Shown in pieces: positions 29,776 to 38,721 of a stretch of 64,000 bases of DNA (its first letter is position 1; each line of letters opens with the position of its first letter). The stretch is from a virus (Duplodnaviria > Caudoviricetes). A model generated the notes under the pieces. The model was not told the DNA's origin, did not search any database, and saw nothing but the letters and a program-made list of their open reading frames with translations. The position numbers were made by a program, and so were the translations under genes. The stretch spans positions 1-64,000 of IMG/VR virus record IMGVR_UViG_3300031555_003117. One strand, written 5' to 3'.

Positions 29776-31355
29776 CAAATATGTTTCGCTGGTTCGCTAC
29801 GCCAGCGAGGAATAAAACCTCTCATGCTTTCACATGAGTTCAGACTATATCTTTGTGTAAATGATGATTGATGATTGTTTCTATATTGTTGTATTCCCAG
29901 TATGGGAAACGAATTAATTCGATTTTGTGCTTATGACAGTAGTTTGTTTTAATTTGATCATGCGCCTGTATGTATGAGAGAGTATTACCGAATTTGCCCT
30001 TGTCCATGAAGTGTTGCTCGCCATCAAATTCAATGCACATATTCTGGCTGGGAAGATAAAAATCAAACGGAAGTGGCCTTATATCCCTACAATCCTGAAA
30101 TATCTTTTCCTGCACATAGGGTATATTCATGTTCATAAGATGATTACGTATCTTTCTTTCGCCATTACTTTCTATATGAGAACACTCAGGGCATACTTGG
30201 CCTCCATGCTGTACAAACAAAACCAGCGAGGTAATAAAAACGCCTCCGCATCTGTTACACAGAATACGAAGGTTTTTTCGATATTGATTTATATACTCAC
30301 TCTTATTAAGCAGCAACCCGCCTAACTGTGTAATTCTATTCTCCACTTCATCAATAGACAGACTGAACTGTTTTGAAGCTTTATCCTTTGCACAACCGGG
30401 ACATCCTTTTCCGATTTTGAAATTTGAAACCCTCATACGTTGTTTGCCGTGAATAGGGCATAAGTAAGTAATATAGTCAGTATTCCTTTTGATCTCTGAT
30501 AGATCACCGATAATCTCATAGCCTTTTTGATCGGCTACTGACATAATCCCATCTATATGCGCTTCTTGCCTGTCGCGTAGTGTTGAATTTGCCTTTGCAT
30601 TACCAGCCGCAGTCCGACCACACGCATAGCACGCCTTTCCTTGAAGAATATTGGTTACTTTAGTACGCTGCTTGCCATGTTTAGGACAAATATAGTATAT
30701 ATCACTTTGAACATTGGCAATATCACTTTCATTAGAAATAAGCACATACTCATTTTTGTCGCACCATTCTTGGATCTTTGAATAATGTGATAGGCGTCGG
30801 CGAAGAATAGTTGCTTCATTGATTTTTTCGCCAGAACATTTTTGACATGCTATCTTTTGCTTATTTCTTTCTACAACACGATAAGCTTGATATGGTTTGG
30901 AAAACGAAGCTCCGCAATAATCGCATATTACCTGTACATGCACATTGGACTTATCCATTAAATCTTCTGGATGAACAATAAACTTCTCTCTATACTTTGT
31001 AAATTGATAACCTTTAGATTCAAAATGATTTCTGTTCTTCGGATTCCAACTTACTTCTATTTCTTGATTTTCAACTAAAATATTGATTCACCACTTATTG
31101 AATGTATTTCAATCATTCATTTACACATCTACCTTTTCGGATCGCCTATCGCTTGCGATCCTACTCCCTTGCGGGATAGTCGTTGAACGTTCCCCTGTTC
31201 GGGGCTTCGCTGCTGATTGCCCAATCCATTCGTTTTCAAGCATTTACGTTCAGGCTTATTTCATCCTCACGCTGTAGCCGAATGGCTCTAAGGGTTTTCC
31301 AGCAATTAAATAGATTATTTGTTCTGCTTGTTGCCAAACAGTGTGGCATCGTAAT
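29776..31355 (-). ncRNA. Group I intron (TMP intron 2), 1580 nt, with homing endonuclease in P8
   Basis: Canonical core elements; P1 GUGGU/GCCAC with U-G wobble; AAGATATAGTCT; frame restored. Confidence 0.93.
29840..30958 (-). CDS. Intron-encoded homing endonuclease: Zn-ribbon repeats plus PD-(D/E)XK/Vsr-like nuclease (frame open upstream to 31081)
   Basis: CxxC/CPxHG repeats; LPFDFYLP...IEFDGEQH motif; stop codon embedded in the P7 3' strand. Confidence 0.8.
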   Translation of the reverse strand: MDKSNVHVQVICDYCGASFSKPYQAYRVVERNKQKIACQKCSGEKINEATILRRRLSHYSKIQEWCDKNEYVLISNESDIANVQSDIYYICPKHGKQRTKVTNILQGKACYACGRTAAGNAKANSTLRDRQEAHIDGIMSVADQKGYEIIGDLSEIKRNTDYITYLCPIHGKQRMRVSNFKIGKGCPGCAKDKASKQFSLSIDEVENRITQLGGLLLNKSEYINQYRKNLRILCNRCGGVFITSLVLFVQHGGQVCPECSHIESNGERKIRNHLMNMNIPYVQEKIFQDCRDIRPLPFDFYLPSQNMCIEFDGEQHFMDKGKFGNTLSYIQAHDQIKTNYCHKHKIELIRFPYWEYNNIETIINHHLHKDIV

Positions 31356-34300
31356 ACCACGATTTCGCGCCCCAACTCACCACCGAGAGCAGTTCCAGAA
31401 CGCTTAGTACTCCAATCGCCTTGTGCATATGCAGTGCCACTTGCATACGGGCCGACACCGGGAGTGGGACTGCCAGAAGTATTGGTACTTGTAGTGGTCT
31501 TATTAACGGTTTTATATACGTTTGTCCAAGTAACAGTACCACTTGCTTTAAACTCCGTCTTGACCTGGGTTTCATCGTTTTTATTCCAGAATACTGTGCC
31601 AAATGCACGCTTGCGTATTCCTTCATATCTGACGATTGCTTTGGCGTCGTTGCTCCATTTTACAATGCCAGTAGCGGTATGATCTGCATTCAGGTATTCA
31701 TCAACCAACGTAGAATCAACGCCAGCTTGAATGAGCATTTCAGGAGTGACTTCTTTAAGCTGTGCATTTAATTCTTCTGTAGATGCCGTTGGATCAATAC
31801 CAAGTTTTGCAGCAATTGCCCGTTCCTCACTGCTGAAAGAAGCAATAATTGTATTGATTTCAGTTTCAAGCTGTTTTGTATCTGCTCCAAGGGAAGCCTT
31901 GAGCTGCATGTCGTTATGGCTATTTCTCAGGCGTTCAAGCTTGCGCAGTGTTTCACCAACCGTTCCGTCAATATCGCCCAAATCAATATTGAAAATGGTT
32001 GGGGTTTCCAGCGCTTGCTTTTGCAGTATCAACGCAGAGAGGACATATTGCGCTTCTTTTGCACCTTCAGCCTCGATGTCAATATTTCCGTCTTCATCTC
32101 TGAATTCATCAAGCGCCTTTTCAGCTTCTTTGATCTGTTCTTCAACACGCGCTACATTGGTAGTATCAAAATTGAATTGATAATCTGTTGCGCCCATAGA
32201 GTTCAGTGCTTTTGCTGCTTTATCGGCCTTTGTGGTGATTGTGTCGAGATCACCATACTTCATATCAAGCTCTACATCGAAACCATAGTCCGAGAGCTTG
32301 CGCATGATGATTTCAACGGCTTCCGCGCTGATTCCAAGTTCTTTGGCTACTTCTGAGAAATCATCAATATTGATGTCCCAAGAATTGTCTTCATTTAGCG
32401 TCGCCCAACCCTTTCCAAGTTTCTCAACATCGTTAAGGAAGTGCAATACGCCGTCTGAGCTATCTTTGAAGTACCGCTGCATCTTGGGGTAGGATTCCTC
32501 GTATATGGATACAAGGTCAGCGGATGAAGCACCACTCAGGTCTTCATCGGTCATGAGTTGAACAGCGGATCTGAACTTATTGGTTCCGATCAAACCATCT
32601 TCATATAAACCCTTTATGTCTTCAAGGCCACCCGTGATGCCATCATACATGTCGCCTTCTTCGCCCATACTCTGTGCCTGTTCCCATTTACGGTAAGCGG
32701 AAGTCAGGCCGTCGTACTGTGAAATCAGGTCGGCTGTATCGTTAATCTGTGCAGCAATTTTGTCGCGCTGTGCATATAGATCAACCGTGCTTGCAGTATT
32801 ACCGGCAGCATTAATCTGTTTTGTAAGGTCTTCATACTGCGCAATCAGTTCATCCATCTTATCGGATGTTTTCTGCTTTGTGAATTTCTCGTACTCACTT
32901 TCCAGTTCGCGCAGTGCCTTGGTATTCAGATGAATGCCGTGCTGGGTGCGTTCAAACAGGTTTGTAGTATCAACACCCGATAGGGAAGCATACCGCTTTT
33001 TCAGGTTTTCTATGGATTCAGCAGCCAAGCCCGTTGAAGAAACGGATTCCTTGATTGCAGTGAACAGGTTGTCCATACCTTCTGCCTCGGCATTGATGTC
33101 AATGGCAAACTGAGTTTCACCAACGACTTTGCCAACAGCAAGAACAACTTCCATGAAGTCTTCAAGCTCTTTGCGGTCTTCTTCGGAATCGCATTTACCG
33201 AATTGCTCATTGAAGGCTGCAATTACATCTGCGTCCATGGAGCCTAGAAGATCAATAATTGCACCTTCTAAATCCTCGCTCTTGCCTTTGAGTTCGGGGA
33301 ATTCGTCCATGAGCTTGTACATGTCGATGGGTTCAAGGCCATCTTCCTGTACCTTTTTGAGCGCGTCTTGCAGGGTTTGTGCGTCTGCGATGTAATTGTC
33401 AATAGCTGTGTCAAAAGTATTTTCCTCAACTTCAATCGCAAACGACTCTTTTATACTGTCTGCGTATTCCTGAGTAATAGTTTTTGCCTCTGCCAGCTTA
33501 TCAATATAGGAGTTTACCCAAGTTGTTAGGAAATCAGATTCGTAAGTAATGGAGCCATCATCGCCAAAGGTGAAGAAATCCTCCAGCGAATAACCTTCGC
33601 CTAGTACATCTAAAAGACTAATCGCCTTTTCCAGAGCTTCATTAAATGTGAAGTTACCGCTATTTAGGAAATCTAAGTAGTTGGACACATTGGACACTCG
33701 ATCAAGCGCATTAGACATCGCATCTAGTTCATCTACGGTGTCACTGAAACCCATATTCAACGCCGCGTCAAGTGTAATCGCCTGTTCAACGGTAAGGTCG
33801 CCGGCTCCATCTTTGAACTCGTTCAAAGCATTTACGTATGCTGTTTTTACGGCATCTGTATCAATGATAATCTTGCCATCAATTACTTTGTACATACCCT
33901 TGACAGTCTCTTCGTCAAAGGTATTCATCAATTCCAGAAGAGTTTCAACGGAATTGCTTCCGTTCTCAACAAGTTCTTCCTGAACCTTGCTTACAAAATC
34001 AGAAGCGTCGCCTATTCCTTCCATGGCTTCGGCAAAACTGTGGAATGTCAGAGGGGCTTCTTCGGAAAATCCAACTATGCTGCGAAGCGTTTCCAAATAT
34101 GTTTCTAGTGCAGCAATGTTTTCTTCGGTGAGCTCCATGTCCTCTGCCATTTTGCCCACATATCCGAAAAGATTATCATAACTTGATTCGGAATACCAAC
34201 CTTCAAGGCCAACAATTTCCCGTCGTGCCCGTTCAATTGCCTTCTCATAACTGCCAGTTTCAGCAAGCAATTGATTTAGATCTGCTTCTAGCAACCTGTC

Positions 34301-35995
34301 AAGATCAAAAAAGTCCTTGTCATCAAAGTTACCGGATTTAATCTTTTCAAGCGCATCATCAAGCTTCTCAATATCTTCAAGATAGCCATTGATTGTGTCT
34401 GAAACGTCATCGTCTCTTTCTGGATCATTGAAGAATATCTCGTCAAAGGATTTGCCTTTGTATTCAGAATCTCTTTCTAGTTCTTCGTAGAACCCATCGT
34501 ATCTTTCGTACTGCTTCAAGAGATCATCTACTGCTTGGCCTACTTCAATTCCGTAAGTAACAAAGTCACCCGAACTTAAAAACTTGCCGCTAGAGATTAC
34601 AGCTTCTCTGATGGCATTATTAAATTCTCGGAATTCCTCGGTTGTTTCAGGTAAACCTTGCTCATTTACAACTTTATTGAAAGCAGAATGTACTGCCGTA
34701 GCATTCGCTTCGTCAATCAGCCCTTGTAAGGTCGTATATTCATCTTCGAGCTCTTCAATTTTATCGCCAATATGTTGAAATATGTTGCTTGCAAACAGCT
34801 CATCTTCATCATAAAGACCTGAACCTAAGCCTTCGATTAAATCATCACGCAACTCAATCAGGTATTCGTAAGCTTTAACCGCATCGTCTGACGTTTTAAT
34901 TTCTCCGAGTTCGATAACACCACGGCCAAGTATACCATCAGTAGTGCCAACTTTGTGTCCAGCTTCGCGTAAGTATTCAACAAACGGCGCATCTTCCTTG
35001 CCATATCTTACAGCATCAAATCTAAAAAAGCCGTCTCCTGCGGCTTTAAGAAGTTCTTCTTTAGCACCTTGAATGCCAGAAACTATGTTTGCGTATTCGG
35101 TATCGAGCGCCTTCTGGGTAGCCTCGTCTATTGTTCCATTAAGAGCATCATAATCATCAATTAGCTTTTTGATCTCGGCATCTTCAAAGCCTAAAGCCGC
35201 GAGAAGAGCTTCTGTAGCCGAAGTGAAACTTTCTTTTGAACCAGTACCCGACTCATAAGCCAATTTTGCATCATCATATGACGAATAGAGATCGCGAATA
35301 CTAGACGCTTCTTCCTTGGCCGCTTCAGCGGTTTCAATAGCTTCATTGCGAAGCTCTTTTTCGTGGTTAATAAGCGAACTAATTCCAGAAACAATAGCAG
35401 TTACGGCAAACGAAATGGCAAGGGTCTTAAGAGTAGAAATGACCGCATTTGCAGTAGCAGTTGCTGCCGACAAAGCAACCGTAGCAGTTTTTGATTTAAC
35501 TAAATATCCAATATAACCCTTGAATGAAGCTTTTGCTCCATTTAAGCTTGTAAGATATTGTCCTAAAACATTGTTGCCATTACCGACCGAATTTATATAT
35601 TCCGAAGTTTCTAAACCGGTAGCCGATATCCCATTATTATATCCGTCGATCAAAGAGCGAATGCTTTTAAAAGACTTTCCTGCGGCTAAAGTTGATACCT
35701 GCAATTCTCTTTGCTGTTTTGAAAAACTATCAACTTTTATACTTAATGGATCAACAAGTTTTGCATACTCTTTGGCTGCAATGCTTGCACCATCCATTGC
35801 TTTTGCCAAAGCTACTTCTTTGGGAATATGTGCTTTAACAAGTACACCGTAGCGCCTTAGTGCTTTTTCGTCTACTTCAAGTTGTTTTGAAAAATCAGCC
35901 CCATAACCGAATTTTTCAACAGAGAATAGCCCCTTAATAGAATCCGATATTGCTATTTTACTTTTTCCAAGCTCGTCCTGGACAATTTTGAATAT
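31356..35995 (-). CDS. Tape measure protein exon 2
   Basis: Long acidic helical ORF; joins exon 1 as GGT|ATA TTC (K-N-V-G-I-F-K); ends in TALGGELGREIV. Confidence 0.85.
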
Positions 35996-36035
35996 CAATA
36001 CTGTAAATATAAAAGCGATGCTTGAAGTCGCTTCA

Positions 36036-36063
36036 TTGACATTGCTCGAAAAATAAGTATAAT
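36036..36063 (+). promoter_or_regulatory. sigmaA-type promoter for plus-strand cargo genes
   Basis: TTGACA-16 bp-TATAAT followed by AGGAGG RBS and ATG 36099. Confidence 0.75.
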
Positions 36064-36098
36064 TAACATAACATTATTACACAATTAGGAGGATTGAA

Positions 36099-36569
36099 AT
36101 GGGATATATCTACTATTGTCCTGTATGCGGATGCGATCAATTTAGAGATGCAGCCAAATGTACGCATTGCTATAATCCAGTACGACCCGTACAGTCTAGA
36201 TATGAATACGAATACTATCAAAGAAAAGCTTTTATGCAATACGGTAGTTCTTCGGAATGGAAACGTGTATTGCAGGAAGAAGAGGTCAAATATCATCCTC
36301 TTTATAACGGAAGAACAGCCTCTCAAAGAAAGACTACCCAAGAAATTGAGCAACATAATAAAGAGATTTTAGACAACTTAGCCTCTAAACAATTAGAACA
36401 GCTTAAGTATTCTGCTTCTACCAACCAACCCAAATGCCCCACATGCAATTCCGCCAACATTCAACGCATTTCCACTCTCAAACGTGCTACACATGGCTAC
36501 CTATTCGGCATTTTCAGTAACACTGCAAGATCTCAGTTTGAATGCCTTAACTGTAAGTATAAGTGGTGA
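36099..36569 (+). CDS. Cargo: double zinc-ribbon protein
   Basis: CPVCG/CTHC N-terminal and CPTCNS...CLNCKYKW C-terminal Cys pairs; RBS AGGAGG. Confidence 0.8.
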   Translation: MGYIYYCPVCGCDQFRDAAKCTHCYNPVRPVQSRYEYEYYQRKAFMQYGSSSEWKRVLQEEEVKYHPLYNGRTASQRKTTQEIEQHNKEILDNLASKQLEQLKYSASTNQPKCPTCNSANIQRISTLKRATHGYLFGIFSNTARSQFECLNCKYKW

Positions 36570-36607
36570 GTGATTCTGATCCGTCGAAGTAAGGAAGGCG
36601 GTTACAA

Positions 36608-37174
36608 ATGAGCAGAGGATCTAGGGGTGGCGATTTCCCAATATGGGCATCCGTTGGGCTTTTAATATGTTCATTCGTGTGTCCATTTCTGGTAATTCTA
36701 CTGCTTTTCTTATCCTATAAGCCAAGCCAAAGCGCTAGGGATCGTATCTCGTTAATGCAAGGCATACTCGTTATCGGCGGCGCGATCCTTGCCGCAATTC
36801 TCTGCCCGATAATTGTAATCGTCGGTTGTGCAGTCGATGGCATTTCATACACGTTTAGTGAATATGGTTTTGCTTTTGCGGTTGTAATCATGGATATACA
36901 TCTGGCATTACATCTCTGGCACAAACGTATTGCCGCAAGAAATACATCGGTGCTTGGCGAGGATGAAACAACTTCCATAGATAATCCTCTCTATAAGCAA
37001 CCAAATCAGTCTGTTACGCAAGAGAAAAGAGAACAGGGTTGTTCATTTACTCTATTGGTGTTCGCTTACTTAGGTGTTGTATGCTTCTGCTTTTTCAATG
37101 AGAGCATAAACGATTTCTTCACTGCGCTTATTTTTGGATATGGGATGGCATACCTGTTAAAGCATTACTTCTGA
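36608..37174 (+). CDS. Cargo: multi-pass membrane protein
   Basis: About five hydrophobic segments; RBS AAGGAAGG. Confidence 0.7.
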   Translation: MSRGSRGGDFPIWASVGLLICSFVCPFLVILLLFLSYKPSQSARDRISLMQGILVIGGAILAAILCPIIVIVGCAVDGISYTFSEYGFAFAVVIMDIHLALHLWHKRIAARNTSVLGEDETTSIDNPLYKQPNQSVTQEKREQGCSFTLLVFAYLGVVCFCFFNESINDFFTALIFGYGMAYLLKHYF

Positions 37175-37209
37175 ACAACGACACTGCAAATATGAGTTTT
37201 GGACACAAG

Positions 37210-37240
37210 AAAAGAGAGTCAGTTTGTCTGACTCTCTATT
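37210..37240. terminator. Bidirectional terminator between convergent cargo genes
   Basis: AGAGAGTCAG-TTTGT-CTGACTCTCT 10 bp stem with A/T tracts on both sides. Confidence 0.8.
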
Positions 37241-37357
37241 TAAGGTCAAAACCTTTAAATCCTCTAAGAGAATTCACCTTGTCTCTCCGGTGCGAGCGCG
37301 ATATCCTACCGAATATCTAATAGCGTTTTGACCTTTTAAATCTATTGCATAGTCTGT

Positions 37358-38077
37358 TCATTGCTTGCAAATATAATGCTTTTTGCGCTTTTTAATTTCC
37401 CTCTGTAAATTCTCCCAAAGGCAATTATCAACCTTACTAAACTTCTTTGAAGACCGCGAAGGTTTGATCTCAGATTCGTCAATATCTTCTGTAGTTGTCG
37501 GCCAGATTTCTAGATGTTTTACTTTACGAACATCAAATACAAAGCATCTATCTGGATCTTCACAGATATATGTAGGCTCGTTTGTCTCAAGGTTATAAAA
37601 AGCATAATATTTCAATGACATATGTGGATCATTGGGATCATTGCTATAACCAGCAACCGCACCTTTGATATAATAAGGTAATCCGTCTATATGAACAATT
37701 GCCACACTGCCGTATCCACCAAGCGTGATTGTACCCGCTAATACGGTTGGCGTAGACGAAAAATGGAACACTTTAAGTAATACAGATTCAACTCGTTTGC
37801 TCTGTGCCAACAAGGAAAATATTACTGAACCAATAATCGCAAATACGCATGCGGAAATTGCTTTCCATGCGTAATTCTTAATCAGCTCTTCGGGCAATAC
37901 AATTCCAGATATGGCTACTACAATATAACTTATCACGCACGATATCCACAATGTATTTGCACCATTTGATTTTGTACTTGTGAACAAACGATATACTGAT
38001 ATTGCAATATATCCAGGAATAAAGTATATCAACAAGTCTGGTATCTTAGTTACGTCAAATCCACTAATATAAATCAC
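37358..38077 (-). CDS. Cargo: membrane protein, DUF6338-like
   Basis: YFIPGYIAI and further N-terminal TM helices with a soluble C-terminal domain; GTG start overlaps upstream TGA. Confidence 0.7.
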   Translation of the reverse strand: MIYISGFDVTKIPDLLIYFIPGYIAISVYRLFTSTKSNGANTLWISCVISYIVVAISGIVLPEELIKNYAWKAISACVFAIIGSVIFSLLAQSKRVESVLLKVFHFSSTPTVLAGTITLGGYGSVAIVHIDGLPYYIKGAVAGYSNDPNDPHMSLKYYAFYNLETNEPTYICEDPDRCFVFDVRKVKHLEIWPTTTEDIDESEIKPSRSSKKFSKVDNCLWENLQREIKKRKKHYICKQ

Positions 38078-38229
38078 TTCCCACTCTTCTCTTTGGAACT
38101 CTGTGCCTGCTGCTTACTCCCATGTGAAATTTTTGAAGTTGTTGCTCCATTCCAACTAAAATTCTCATGAGTTACTTTTTTGTCGGGCTCATTCGTATTC
38201 CGAACATTTGCGTTGTTTTTATCAGCCAT
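38074..38229 (-). CDS. Cargo: 51 aa hydrophilic peptide coupled to DUF6338-like gene
   Basis: MADKNNANVRNTNEPDKK...KSGK; RBS AGGTGGTG; TGA overlaps next GTG. Confidence 0.55.
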   Translation of the reverse strand: MADKNNANVRNTNEPDKKVTHENFSWNGATTSKISHGSKQQAQSSKEKSGK

Positions 38230-38262
38230 AATGCACCACCTATTAATCATGTTGTCAATATA

Positions 38263-38291
38263 ATAACACTTTGATAAATAGGTGTCAACGC
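38263..38291 (-). promoter_or_regulatory. sigmaA-type promoter for minus-strand cargo genes
   Basis: TTGACA-17 bp-TATTAT with extended TG. Confidence 0.6.
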
Positions 38292-38721
38292 ATATGCATC
38301 AAGCTACCACTGTTTGACCATCCAAGCTCATGGCAGGGGAGGGTAGCCCCACTATTTTCTATACGCCAGTTAGCCCACTGGTTTGGTTTTTACCCCGGCA
38401 TTTGCTGCTGCCGGGTACAGTTTGCAACATACAATCACGATTTTCACCGCGCAGGTTTATGTCCTCTGAACCCACCCAATCTCGCATTTGGGCGATGGCT
38501 GCTGATAGCTTCATGCGCTATTATATGCAGCTTTACGCATGAAACGTCCCAGTCTATCGGCATAAGAACCATTACTTATGCCAGTTTATCCTGTTTTCCC
38601 TAGCCCCTCTTGGCTACGCAGCGAGTCTTCGCGCAACCTCGTTCATGTTACCATTAGTAAAGGCTTCGTGGGCATATTCAACTCGTAGTATAATCCGAAA
38701 TTGGAACTGATTAATTAGTTC

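Larger units (their letters stand above)
35996..38721 (-). ncRNA. Putative group I intron (TMP intron 1), 2726 nt, carrying four cargo genes
   Basis: Guide GAAUAUGCCCAC (38668-38679) pairs the 5' exon GUGGGU (U-G wobble) and the 3' exon AUAUUC; ATCAGCAGCC...GGTTCAGAG core-like motif; terminal G; frame restored; P7 non-canonical. Confidence 0.75.

Noticed and set aside
37296-37310. AGGATATCGCGC (minus strand) as the J8/7-P7 strand of intron 1
   Set aside because: It does not pair with the GACAU strand and is explained by a local GATAT/ATATC hairpin
38445-38457. 11 nt reverse-complement match to the RNAP intron (~61860-61870)
   Set aside because: Matches of this length are expected by chance in 64 kb
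38614-38721. ELINQFQF...RRLAA as the true C-terminus of a stand-alone 840 aa TMP
   Set aside because: This stretch contains the internal guide sequence and is read-through into the intron; it would appear only on unspliced RNA, though such a product cannot be excluded
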